From Eledone cirrhosa (taxonomy: Eukaryota), in contig OZ024741.1 in the NCBI GenBank assembly GCA_964016885.1, forward strand, positions 133,300,001-133,364,000: a stretch of DNA of 64,000 bases. The letters are read 5' to 3'. Below, piece after piece: positions 29,966 through 42,979 of this stretch. Within the stretch, counting starts at the first letter, position 1; every line of letters starts with the position of its first letter. Both the position numbers and the translations under genes were made by a program. Below the pieces are notes generated by a model. It made no database searches. It was not told the origin of the DNA and saw nothing but the letters and a program-made list of their open reading frames with translations.

Positions 29966-31402
29966 ATACTTAGCTTTTGTTGACTTGGAGAAAGCCTTTG
30001 ACAGAGTCCCCCGCTCCATTATCTGGTGGGCTCTCAGAAAACTAGGTGTTGATGAATGGCTTGTGAGAGCTATACAAGCTATGTATAAAGAAACAGTCAG
30101 TAAGGTTAGCATTAACAACGAATATATTGAAGAGTTTAGCGTAAAAGTTGGTGTTCATCAGGGCTCCGTCCTTAGCCCCCTGCTATTTATTATTGCCCTT
30201 CAGGCTATAACAGAGGAGTTCAAGACTGGCTGCCCATGGGAACTCCTATACGCTGATGATCTAACTCTCATAGCTGAATCGGTGGCTGAACTAGAGAAGA
30301 AATTCCAAACATGGAAGCATGGCCTAGAATCAAAAGGCCTTAAAATTAACCTGTCTAAGACTAAAGTTCTAGTATGTAGGAAGGAAAATAGGGCACTGGT
30401 CCCATCTGGGAAATGGCCATGCTCAGTGTGTAGGAAAGGAGTAGGCAGAAACTCCATTTTATGTCCCAAATGCAAAGTATGGGTGCATAAAAGATGTAGT
30501 GGGATCACAGGTAAGCTAACTAAGAATATAGATTTTATGTGGCCGGTGCTCAGGTGTAATAAGTAGCAGCTAGTATTCTGCTCACAGAATACTAGCTCAT
30601 TCTATTGCACAGATGGTTCTATAAAAATAGTGGACAGCTTCCGTTACCTGGGTGACAAAATCAGCAGTGGTGGAGAGTGCTCTGAAAGTACAGTAGCTAG
30701 GATCAGAACGGGATGGAAAAAGTTCAGAGAGCTTATACGACTATTGGCCGCTAAAGGTTTCTCTCTAAAAATGAAAGGCAGGCTGTATGATGCCTGCATA
30801 CGAACAACAATGTTACATGGCAGTGAGACTTAGGCATTGTGTGCAGAGCGATCAAAATAGACAGTAGCCACGGAGTAGGCAGACACAGAAAAACCTGGGA
30901 CGACTTGATAAATTCCGACCTCACACACTTACACCTCTCCAAGACAATGTCAGTGGACCGAGATCTTTGGCGCTATGCAGTAATACAGAAGACCCGCCTT
31001 GCCTAAGTTCAAAGCGAAACCTACAGTCAGTAGGCACCTCTTACCAAAATACATCCCCGTCCCACTACCCCAACTCCCCACCCCACCTCCATCAACACCA
31101 CCCCTTTCTCTGTAAAGTTATGTTGGTACCACAACATCCAGTCCTAAATAAATGAGGTCGTGTAGGTGTCACGACAAAAAAACACAGTCCACAACGTAAT
31201 GTGGCTGTGTAGGTAACACGGTAAAAACCTCCCAGTCCACACTGTAAACGTGGTTGGTGTTAGGAAGGGCATCCAACCGTAGAAAACCCGCCAGACAGTC
31301 CTATACAAGCAAGACAACCAATCTTGCCTCAAGTGGGAAAATTCCTGTCCAAACCCATGCTAGCGTGGAAGATGGACGTTAAACGATGATGATGATGATG
31401 AT
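29966..31402 (+). mobile_element. RTE family A, 5'-truncated, frameshifted, with full 3' UTR
   Basis: [16 protein letters not shown]..finger; frameshift ~30538, deletion ~30848; (gat)n tail. Confidence 0.92.
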
Positions 31403-31507
31403 AATATAGAGAGGAAAAACACAGGAGAGTGTGTTTTCATTTGCACGATTTTAACCACCGGTGTGAAGAGAATATAAGCTACGAGAGGTATAGGAGAAAC
31501 ATTATAT

Positions 31508-31695
31508 CATCATCATTTTCCATCCACTTTTCCCTGATTGCAAGGGTTGGACGGGTCCTATTCAGCACAGCATCTCTCCATTCATCACGGTCCTTCGTTA
31601 TCTCCTCCGTCAGCTTCAGCGATCTGAGATCAGCTTCCCCACTTCCGCCCATGTTTTTCGTGGTGTTCCTCTACTGCGTCTTCCTTTTACTGGGA
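31508..31695 (-). mobile_element. RTE family C 3' terminus
   Basis: Reverse complement reads GRRSRGTPRKTWAEV..DLRSLKLTEEITKDRDEWRDAV, then ccgtccaacccttgcaatcagggaaaagtgga..(gat)n. Confidence 0.75.
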
Positions 31696-31785
31696 TGTAT
31701 ATGTATGTGTATGTATATATATATATATATATATATACGTATATGTATATATATACATATATATATATGTATATACATATATATA

Positions 31786-32082
31786 TTTATTAAAATAACA
31801 GATTAAAGTTTAAGCAAAGAATCGCTGCTTTCACCCTTAATGTGATCTTCTGAAACTAAAAAAATCAATCTGTGAACGCAGAAGTAAATATTTCCCAAAA
31901 CGTTGCAACTGAAGGAAAACAGGAAGATGATACTTTGGTTGTGGAGACGTTCCCTGGCAATGAACAGAAAAAAAGCGAATATAATACGTCATTATTTGGA
32001 GCGGTGACAACAATTACATGCAAAGACAAAACCACGTTTATGGCATAAATGAAGTCGTAGACTTCAAATTTATTATTATTAC
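31786..32082. mobile_element. F2 island: inverted arm (31786-32061, motif 31807-31857 -) joined to 21 nt of tail in the opposite orientation
   Basis: Direct comparison with 27641-28200. Confidence 0.8.
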
Positions 32083-32157
<75 letters not shown>

Positions 32158-32182
32158 GTATATATATATATATGTATATATA

Positions 32183-32640
32183 TGACAAAGAAGCAGTCGA
32201 GTCATTTCCCGACTTTATGAATGAGTTTTTTTTTTGTCCCAACTTGTCCTTGCACCAACAAGGCATCAGAAGAACATTTTGGACCTAGTGTTTAGCAACC
32301 ACACTAACACTACACATAATATTACAGTGGAAAAAACTCTCTCACACCATGACATGGTTCTTTGTAACCTGAGATTCCACCGGCCAAAAGCTAATCCTAG
32401 GGACCTCTTTCGAGCCCACCCATTTGATAACATGGATGTCTATAATGCCAACTGAGATGCAATCATGAACGAGCTATCACATGTTGACTGGTCTTTTACA
32501 CACACTCACATCTCCACCAACATCAAAACATCTTGGCAGATCTTTGTAGACACTGTCACAAATATATGAGCAAAATACACCCCACCAAAACTTGTGAACA
32601 AAACTAAGTGCAGTATCCCCCAAAAGAGAAAAACTATTAT
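32183..32640 (+). mobile_element. CR1/L2-like LINE AP-endonuclease fragment
   Basis: SQLVLAPTRHQKNILDLVFSN..LSHHDMV; paralogous to 35010-35600. Confidence 0.75.
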
Positions 32641-32709
32641 CAGCGTGGAAGATGGACGTTAAACGATGATGATGATGATGATATATATATATATATATAC
32701 ATATATATG

Positions 32710-33135
<426 letters not shown>

Positions 33136-33167
33136 TTATTAGTTCAATTCTCAGATATATATATAGA

Positions 33168-33513
33168 TGGAGGCACATGGCTTAGTGGTTAGAGCACTGG
33201 CTTGCAATCGAAAGGTTGTGAGTTCAATTCTCAGACCGGGTGATGTGTTGTTTCCTTGAGCAAGACACTTTATTTCACATTGCTCCAGTTTACTCAGCTG
33301 TAGAAATGAGATGATAGGGACTGGGTTCCCTATCATTCCACTGCAAAGTGGACGTGTAGGTGCCATGGCAAAAAAGCACCCGCCACTCACTGTAAATGAG
33401 GTTGGTGTTAGGAAGGGCATCCAGCTGTAGAAATCAAGCCAGAATCAGTTCCCGTCCCACCCTTGCAAGCAGGGAAAAGCGGACGTAAAATGAAATGATA
33501 ATGAAAATGATGA
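33168..33513 (+). mobile_element. full-length tRNA-derived CORE-type SINE with RTE-derived tail
   Basis: A box tggcttagtgg (33178), B box gagttcaattc (33220); CORE-like ccttgagcaagacacttt...cagtttactcagctgtagaaatg; tail shared with RTEs. Resemblance to octopus OR2 is from memory. Confidence 0.88.
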
Positions 33514-33532
33514 TATATATAAATGTATGTAT

Positions 33533-33720
33533 GTAAAAGGTAAACAGAAATAACAACACAATCGGTACAGTATATCGAAGGGATATATGAGGTTAACGCT
33601 TGATATAGCAGGAAGAGGGTCTCAAGGTTTTGGACGCTAGTCCTTCATCAGAAGAAAGAATGAGAAATAAGATAGATTGAGGAAAGGAAGAAGATTTTTT
33701 TCAGTAGAAAACGTTGAAAA
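33533..33720 (-). mobile_element. PLE F7 3' end with HHR at 33620-33655 (GAAA mutated)
   Basis: Matches ~11900-12087; CTGATGA-a-ggac-tagc-gtcc-AAAA-cc-TT. Confidence 0.85.
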
Positions 33721-33841
33721 GATTCTTTCAGTGAAATATCAAAACATTAATATATTTACAATACTGGTTTCAGCATTATATGCATTGTCAACTGCAGATA
33801 TGCAGAATATTGTTAAGTTGAAGATTTGTACAAATAGTGAT

Positions 33842-34047
33842 AAAAATAATAATAAAAAGGGGAAGAAAAATTAATTTTCACATGCATGTTCATTCAGAGA
33901 AGGGAGTTCATTTCTCTGTCCATCGTTATATACATATATATATATATATGTATATGTATATAAGGATGGACAGAGAAATGAACTCCCTTCTCTGAATGAA
34001 CATGCATGTGGAAATTAATTTTTCTTCCCCTTTTTATTATTATTTTT
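33842..34047. repeat. 83-bp inverted repeat centred on a short TA tract
   Basis: 33842-33924 versus 33965-34047, nearly identical. Confidence 0.9.
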
Positions 34048-34054
34048 GTGTGTG

Positions 34055-34110
<56 letters not shown>

Positions 34111-34166
34111 TGTGTTTTTAGACTTATATATATATATATATATATATATGTGCATGTGTTTTTAGA

Positions 34167-34201
<35 letters not shown>

Positions 34202-34218
34202 AAGTCTAAAAACACATG

Positions 34219-34261
<43 letters not shown>

Positions 34262-34529
34262 GTATATGTCTAAAAACACATGCATATATATATATATATA
34301 TATATATGTGCATGTGTTTTTACCATATACATATATACACACACACATATATATATACATATACACATATATATAGATATATACACATACATATATTTAC
34401 ATATATATACATATACACATATATATATATATAGACATATACATATATACATATATATACATATCCATATATACATATCCATATATATATACACATATTT
34501 ATATACATATATATATACATATACATATA

Positions 34530-36110
34530 TACAACATTTTTGCTTAATACTCAGGGCATAAGCCCTTCCACCAATACTCAAAAATGGAAGATCAAATTTC
34601 TTGAGGATTGGATTGATGATCATGCTAACCACATCTCTATCTTCGTCCTCACCGAAACCCATCTTAATCCCCTTCACTTGGAAGCCGGGGTGAGAGTAAA
34701 GAATTTCAAAGCTATCCATGCTAATCACACTGACAGAATAAAGGGACTGCCATTTTTGTGCATGATTCTATTTCGACAGAGTCGAAGAACTTATTTTACA
34801 ACTTAATAGTAGTTGGGCTCTATAGGCCACCACAAACGCCTCTACCATGCTTCAAGGAATGCCTCAATAGCATAAAGTGTTTCATCGAACAGTGTCAACT
34901 TAGCAACATCTTAATGATGGGGGACTTCAACCTCCCCAGTGTTGACTGGTCCACAAACAGCTTGATACCAGGTTTTTCTACCTCAACCACTAACAAGGAG
35001 GCAGTAGAATCGCTTCTTGACTTCATGGAGGAGTCTTTTCTGTCCAAACTTTTGCTCAAACCAACAAAGTGCCACAAAAACGTCTTGGACCTAATGTTCA
35101 GTAATCACACTGACACTATACACAATATTGTAGTGGAAAAAACTCTACTCTCAGACCATGACATGGTTCTCTGTGATCTGAGATTCCATTGTCCAAAATG
35201 CAAACCCAATGACATCTCTCCAGTTCATCCATTTGACACCATCGATCATCATAATTGTTTCTACTTTAGGCACAAGGCCAGCAATTATCCCAGTGCGTTA
35301 CTGGTACTTTATTTTATCGACCCCGTAAGGATGAAAGGCAAAGTCAACCTCGGCGGGATTTGAACTCAGATCGTAACTATGCTGGAAAGCATGGCGGCCG
35401 ACCCTCTACTGATACTGCCAATCCACCTGGTTAGCGATCAATCATGATCTTGCAGATATCGTTTGGTCTTTCATGTACACTCACACACCCAAGTCATTTG
35501 TAGACGCTGTAACAAATATATGTGCAAAACATACACCATTTAGATCTGTAAACAAATCTAATTGTAGAATCCCTAGAAATAGAAGAACGCTTATCAGAAA
35601 AATTAAAAGAATTAACAAAAAATCAACAAACTGAAATACTGCCAGCAGCAACACACCCATTTGACTACCTTTACATCACTAGAATCGAAAAAACACAACC
35701 TCCAAAACAGCTTGATGTCCATCATCAACAATCAAAGAGCAGCTGAAGAGGCTTGAGCCATTGAGAAAATCAAACTCAACCCCAAAGTGTTCTTTTCATT
35801 TGTGAAAATACACAAAGTCACTGCACTGGCTCCACTGTTGGCCCTCTAGTTGATGAAAATGGCACTCTCCAAGATAATGCTAAAACCATGGGTGAGATAC
35901 TGCAGAAAAAATACTGCGCTATTTTCAGCAATCCTGATATGGTTAATCTGGGCTTTATCAGTGATGTTAATCCCCAACACACTATATCGGATATATATAG
36001 CGACAATAAAAGAAACTAAACATAATTCGGCAGTAGGCCCCGATAGGTTCCCTGCTTGTGTCCTGAAGGTGTGTCGACACAAACTTGCATCTCCTCTTGC
36101 TAATCTGGAA
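34530..36110 (+). mobile_element. CR1/L2-like LINE fragment (AP endonuclease and linker), decayed, with SINE inserted at ~35252-35427
   Basis: VLTETHL, VGLYRPP, MGDFNLPSVDW, LDLMFSN, SDHD, NPKVFFSF, SAVGPD. A small paralogous piece lies at 24078-24162. Confidence 0.8.
35252..35427 (-). mobile_element. second tRNA-derived SINE family (gcctttcatcct...gtcgataa core)
   Basis: B-box-like gagttcaaatcc on the minus strand. Related copies at 48600-48722, 52930-53150, 57980-58276, 59185-59273, 63445-63577. Confidence 0.8.
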
Positions 36111-36159
36111 GAACTCACTGGATGGTGGATAGATACCAGAAATCTTACTATCCCATTCT

Positions 36160-36990
36160 GTTGTAGCAGTTGACAATGATGCTGCTGCATCAATCCTTTG
36201 GTATGACACCTTCTAGTATTACCTGGTTAACAATACGTGTGGTTATGTTGTGACCTACCGACCCGGATGTCTTCCATATCTCGGCAGCTATACCCAATGG
36301 ACCGGTTGCCTTCCCAGTCTTCATATCTTTGATTGCCTTACTTACTACACTGCTGGCCCCTCTATAGGGTCCACTTGGGGTAGGGTCTCTTTTTCCCATG
36401 CATTCTCCTCATTTAGTAATGTTTCATAATGGCTCTTCCACGCATCTTTCTTCTCAGCACTTGTGAGGGCAAGCTCACCTTTATCATTCCGGATGCACTT
36501 CTCTCCAATGACATCACAATTTTCTCTGACACACTGCCTTGCAATCCTGAACATCTCCTGTTTCTGGTCCTCACCAGTTTGTTAGGGCAGTAGTGTGCAT
36601 TAGGGACTCGTAACACCTATCCTTAAGTTCGACTGGCAAACCTGATTGGGGTGCGTAAGCTGATATTATTGTGGCAACTGTTTTATTCAGGACTAGTCTG
36701 AGTTTAATGATTCTTGCGTTCACCCTGTTTACTGAGATTACCTTATCAACCCATGTGTCAGCTAATAGTATATCTACACCACCCATCCCGTTGTCATTTC
36801 CCACCCAGAAAATTTGTAGCACTGACTTTCGCCTACAAGGACTCTAGCGGGCTCTCCTCTCCATCTAGACTATTGCACACAGCATACATCAATTTCCTTT
36901 CGCTCTAGCATCTCTACGATTTCTCCTGCTCTTCCTTTCATTGTGCTTTTTTGGGCATATGCCATCATTCGTGGGAGAGGGTGAATTTTT
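36160..36990 (-). mobile_element. RTE family B 5'/endonuclease fragment with internal deletion
   Basis: MKGRAGEIVEMLERKEIDVCCVQ..RWRG, GVDILLAD, SAYAPQ; jumps at ~36575 to QKQEMFRIARQ..VIPKD. Confidence 0.88.
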
Positions 36991-37195
36991 GCGGGGGTAT
37001 ACATATATATATACATATATACACACACACACACACACATATATACATATATATATATATAGCTGTCTAACCCATGCTAGCGTGGAAGAATGGACGTAAA
37101 ACGATGATGATGATGATGATGTATATATATATATATGTATATATATGTGTGTGTGTGTGTATATATATATGTAAATATATATATGTGTGTGTGTG

Positions 37196-37228
<33 letters not shown>

Positions 37229-37409
37229 TTATATATATATATATATGTTCTACTTTTCTTCTAGCCCTACCAGTCCCAACAAACCCTGCGATTATTACTA
37301 CTACTGTCCTTCTAGCCCTGAATTCTTTTACCGTTATGTATGGATGTGCTGAGGATAAATGGAGCAACCCCGAATTAATAAATGAATATGAATATATATA
37401 TACGTATAT

Positions 37410-38382
37410 ATAATAATAATACTATTGATAGTTATGTATATAGTATAAACACCTATAAACAGGAAGGTCAGTAAATTCCTACTACCTTATTACCAGTCAG
37501 AGAAATAGTTCAATGTAAGAACATCAGTTGTTTTACAAAGCAGGAAAATAAATAAATAAATTATACAATTATCAAAGTTGTGTTCAAATCATTTAATAGC
37601 TGACAATCGTTTCTTCCAAACTCTCATTTGGGGTTATCGGAGAATTATCAATGTTTGTACATGTAATTAATCTCCTATTCAACTGAACAATAATATAGAT
37701 ACATATATATTGATGTCGTGAGCAACAGTTTCGTATTTACAGGGTGGAATGGATGTGACATATTTTACGATAATTGTACAAAAATTAAAATTAAAAGCAG
37801 TGTGGAATACATGCAACAGATAATACAAGAGAATTGTCCAATAATTAAAGAGGCATTGTGAAAGGAGCTTTGAGTAAGAAAGAGTTCAATAGCAATACAT
37901 ATGCATGTGTGTAGAAAGTGCACATGCGTTAGACATAATATATGAGAAGGAAACAAGCAAAGTTATTATGTATCTATAGATAAATAAATACTGTATTTTA
38001 AGCAAAAATGTAGTGTATTAAAATCTAAGGTGGACGTAGTTTGTTGATAGTGTCTGAATTTGTGTGTGTTGAGGAGAATAAAGTTATTGCAGTCTCTTCC
38101 ATTACATATGTTGAATTATATTTTAGTTAATGTTTGTATTGAATGTTTAAGTTAGTTCAAGCAATGGATTGTAAATTAGTCTTATTGTATTAATATACAT
38201 GGACTACATTAGTTCAACAGGTAGGTTTTCTAACAGTTAGAATATCCGGAAGTGAGTAAGGGGGTTAATTACATGTACAAACATTGATAATGCACCGATG
38301 ACTCCAAATGAGAGTTTGGAAGAAACGATTGTCAGCTATTAAATGATTTGAACACAACTTTGATATTGTATAATTTACTTAT
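37410..38382 (-). mobile_element. F13 inverted-arm cassette (37551-37670 / 38265-38382) with CCGAT(G/A)A hammerhead variants
   Basis: + arm 38291-38340: CCGATGA-c-tccaaa-tgagag-tttgga-a-GAAA-cgattg-TC-agc; - arm 37595-37645 has CCGATAA. Confidence 0.75.
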
Positions 38383-38401
38383 ACGTATATATATATATAT
38401 A

Positions 38402-38750
38402 CGTTATTCCGGGTTGAATCGGAGGTAACCACAGTAAGTAAGGTACTCAATACATAGCAGAGTATAAAAGTTTTAATATAGATGAGATTCTACAGGACTA
38501 GAACTGTTTCATTCATTAGAAATCATCACTGCCTTCCTCAGAACTAACATATTAATCAATAACTGTCAAACTGTTTCTGTGGCAACAGCAGGGATTTGGT
38601 GTAAAACAAAAAAACTGCTACACATGAACTTGAAAATCATTTTTCACTAAAATATCTCACAATATTTCAAACTCTTTAATGAGGATCATTTTAAAATTGA
38701 TTTCTAATGAATGAAACAGTTCTAGTCCTGTAGAATCTCATCTATATTAA

Positions 38751-38754
<4 letters not shown>
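38402..38754 (-). mobile_element. inverted-arm cassette (38469-38525 / 38698-38754) plus ~67-nt tail
   Basis: 57-bp arms; same family as 24197-24352. Confidence 0.85.
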
Positions 38755-38821
<67 letters not shown>

Positions 38822-38850
38822 CATATATATATATATACATATACATATAC

Positions 38851-39007
<157 letters not shown>

Positions 39008-41397
39008 CAAAAGCAGGCTTGGAAAGTATGGCGGGATGGGGGATGTAGAGTAGACTATCAAGTGGCCAGGAGGGAAGCTAGGAGAGAAGTGTACTTAGCA
39101 AGAAGGGAAGCTGAGGAAAGAAAGTTCAAGCATGTTCTACAACGCGATGACCAAAAACGTGAGGTGTTCAGGATTGCTAGGCAATGCGTCAAGGAAAACC
39201 GTGATATTGTCGGGGAGAAGTGTGTACTTAACGATGATGGCATACTTGCCATCACCGACACTGATAAGAAGGTAGCTTGGAAGTGTCACTATGAAAGGCT
39301 ACTAAATGAGGAGAATAAATGGGAGAAAGACAGTCTCCCCCATATCGACCCAATAGAGGGACCAGCAGTGTTAGTCGAGGGGAGTATAATAAGTAAGGCA
39401 ATCAAGGATATGAAGACGGGTAAGGCGGCTGGGCCTTCGGAAATAGTTGCTGAGATGCTGAAGGCATCTGGCACGGTGGGACACACCATGGTCACCCGCA
39501 TAGTTAACCAAGTCGTACAGAATGGGGTTGTTCCGAAGGACTGGCATAGCAGCAGCATCGTTAACTGTTATAAGGGTAAAGGAGACGCCCTAGATAGGAG
39601 TAACTATAGAGGCATTAAATTAATCGACCAGGTCATGAAGGTCACGGAAAAAGTAATAGCGCAACTAATCAGAGAGAGAATTGACCTAGATGAAATGCAG
39701 TTCGGGTTTGTGTCAGGCAAAAGCACCACAGACGCTCTTTTCATAGTACGACAACTACAGGAGAAGTACCTAGCTAAAGGTAAACCCCTCTACTTAGCTT
39801 TTGTCGACCTGGAGAAAGCCTTCGACAGAGTCCCCCGCTCCATTATCTGGTGGGCTCTTAGAAAACTAGGCGTTGACGAATGGCTTGTGAGGGCTATACA
39901 AGCCATGTATAAAGAAACAGTCAGCAAAGTTAGAATTAACAACGAATATAGTGAAGAGTTTAGCGTAAAGGTTGGCGTCCATCAGGGCTCTGTTCTCAGC
40001 CCCCTACTATTTATTATTGCCCTTCAGGCTATAACAGAGGAGTTCAAGACAGGCTGCCCATGGGAACTCCTATACGCAGACGACCTGACACTCATAGCGG
40101 AAACAATGGCCGAGCTAGAGAAGAAATTCCAAACATGGAAGCACGGCCTAGAGTCAAAAGGACTTAAAATTAACCTGGCTAAGACCAAAGTTCTAGTTTG
40201 TAGGAAAGAAAACAAGGCGGCGGTCCCTTCTGGGAAATGGTCGTGCTCGGTGTGTAGGAAAGGCGTATGTAGAAACTCCATTTTATGTCCTAAATGCAAA
40301 GTATGGGTGCATAAAAGATGTAGTGGGATCACAGGTAAGCTAACTAAGAACATAGATTTTACATGTGGCCGGTGTTCTGGTGCAATAAGTAGCAGCAAGT
40401 GCCCACAAAATACTAGCTCTTTCAATTGCGCAGAGGGTTCTATAGAAATAGTGGACAGCTTCCGTTACCTGGGCGATAAAATCAGCAGTGGGGGAGGGTG
40501 CTCTGAAAGTACTGTAGCTAGAGTCAGAACTGGTTGGAAAAAGTTCAGAGAGCTTATACCACTATTAGCTGCTAAAGGGTTCTCCCTAAAAATGAAAGGC
40601 AGGTTGTACGATGCCTGCATACGAACAGCAATGTTGCATGGTAGTGAGACCTGGGCATTGTGTGCAGAGGATATACGCAGACTAGAGAGGAACGAAGCTT
40701 GCATGCTCCGCTGGATGTGTAATAGTAATATACGCGAACGGCAAAGCATAAACGAACTAAGGAAAAAATTAGAAATAAGAGGGATCAGATGTTGTTTACT
40801 CGAGAGAAGGCTGCGTTGGTATGGACACGTGATGCGCATGAAAGTCGATAGCTGTATAACAAAGTGCAGGGCAATAAAGATAGACGGTAGCCACGGAATA
40901 GGCAGACCTAGAAAAACCTGGGATGAGCTGATAAACTCCGACCTCACACACTTACATCTCTCCAAGACAATGTCACTGGACCGAGACCTTTGGCGGTACT
41001 CAGTAACAGAGAAGACCCGCCTTGCCAGTAGGCATCTCTAACAAAATACACCCCGTCCCGCCACCACCCCCACCCCATCCACACCACCCCGTTCTATATA
41101 AAGTTATGTTGGTGCCGCGCCATCCAGGCCGAAACAAATGAGATCGTGTAGGTGTCACGACAAAAAAACACACAGTCCACGCTGTAATGTGGCCGTGTAG
41201 GCAACACGGTAAAAACCTCCCAGACCCACACTGTAAATGTGGTTGGTGTTAGGAAGGGCATCCAACTGTAGAAAACCTGCCAGACAGTCCTATGCGAGCA
41301 AGACAATCACTCTTGCCTCAAGTGGGACTACCCCCGTCCAAACCCATGCAAGCGTGGAACACGGACGTTAAACGTTGATGATGATGATGATGATGAT
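39008..41397 (+). mobile_element. RTE LINE family A, 5'-truncated, uninterrupted RT ORF to 41041, full 3' UTR
   Basis: Frame open from KQAWKVW (~39011); [57 protein letters not shown]; no endonuclease; (gat)n tail. Confidence 0.96.
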
Positions 41398-41489
41398 ACA
41401 TATATATATACATATATATATATACATATACATATATATATATATATACACATATATATACATATATATATATATATACATATATATAC

Positions 41490-41576
<87 letters not shown>

Positions 41577-41665
41577 CATATACATATATACATATACATA
41601 TATATATATACATATATATATATATACATATATATATACATATACATATATATATACATATATAC

Positions 41666-41696
<31 letters not shown>

Positions 41697-41704
41697 CATA
41701 TACA

Positions 41705-41843
41705 TTCTGAAGACGGCGTATATATGTGTTGGTATGTATATTTAATCTTGATAGTTTGTATAATTTTGTATAATTTTGTACATAGATCTGTTGAATATAC
41801 ATGCCAACTCTAACACATATATATCCTAGAAACGATCGTTAAA
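41705..41843 (+). ncRNA. hammerhead motif with ~115-nt stem II (F14)
   Basis: tt-CTGAAGA-cggcg-tatatatgtgtt-ggtatgtatattta...tgaatatacatgcc-aactct-aacacatatata-tccta-GAAA-cgatcg-TT-aa. Confidence 0.65.
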
Positions 41844-41935
41844 TAATGAACTTTTTTTGTTTAATATAAGGAATTGTTTATTCATTATTTGTTTAATATT
41901 TTATATATACATATATATATATATACATATATATA

Positions 41936-42555
41936 TAGTTAAAAGAATAGAGGTGTAACACACAAGTTATTATATATTGGTAAACGGAATAGAAAATGCT
42001 GACAAATTGTTCACAGTTGAAAAATGGTTTAATTAGGAATAAAAGAGTATTAGTAATTGTATGGGTTAGTATTCAGTTGTGGTTTTAAGTTTTTAAGTTT
42101 TTACCGGTTACGCATTTCTAAATGCTTTTCAAAAATAAGTTTGAGATAGAGTGTCCGTGTTGTTTGCTCTGATCTGATTACTTTTGGGAATTCTACCTGT
42201 TTTTATGTTAAAAAAGTGGCTCCAGCGCTACTTTGGTGTTGCAAAAATTCTTGTGGTCAAAACAATTTTGATTGGTCGGTAGAGGTCATGTGAATGTAAA
42301 AAATTGATTTTGCGCCAAGACTGGTTTTATGTTAAAAAAGTGGCTCCAGTGCTACTTGGTGTTTGCAAAAATTCTTGTGGTCAAAACAATTTTGATTGGT
42401 CGGTAGAGGTCATGTGAATAAAAAATTGAATTTGCGCCAAGACTGAGAAATGACTCTTTCACAACAAATATGTGTGTGTGTGTGTGTAGTAGTAGTAAGG
42501 TGTTCGATGTTGTGATAATGGTTAGCAGGGATGTGTGTCAAATGGCTATTAAGAT

Positions 42556-42616
<61 letters not shown>

Positions 42617-42939
42617 GCAGAGTAATTCGTGGTAGCAGGGATGGTCAGTAGAAATGTGTCTTTAAGCAGTGGGGGGTATTTTAGCATGTCAAAAGATATT
42701 TTCAGCTTTTGTCTTATACGGAGAAGTGTGTGTGTGTGTATAAGTCTCTTTGTATGTTAATGTACGCGTGTGTATGTGTGTGTGTGTGTGTATATCTGTG
42801 TGTGTGTGTGTGTGTGGGTGGACCAGTATTTTTCCCCCCCTGGTAAAATGGTGTACATTATTCGATTTTTTCAGTAAAATCGGTTCTCTGAATAGAACAT
42901 CAAAAATCTTAACAATAAAAGGTGTGAAATGATATTCAC

Positions 42940-42979
<40 letters not shown>

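Noticed and set aside
33168-33240. Possible tRNA gene
   Set aside because: A and B boxes are present but the stems are degraded and it continues into a SINE body; multi-copy.
33985-34025. CTGAATGA-acatgcatgt-gGAAA-ttaa-TT
   Set aside because: Extra base in the core and no stem I.
37345-37385. CTGAGGA...GAAT motif
   Set aside because: No stem I or II pairing.
38665-38735. ttaatga/ctaatga...GAAA as a hammerhead
   Set aside because: Core and stems are ambiguous; only the inverted repeat is reported.
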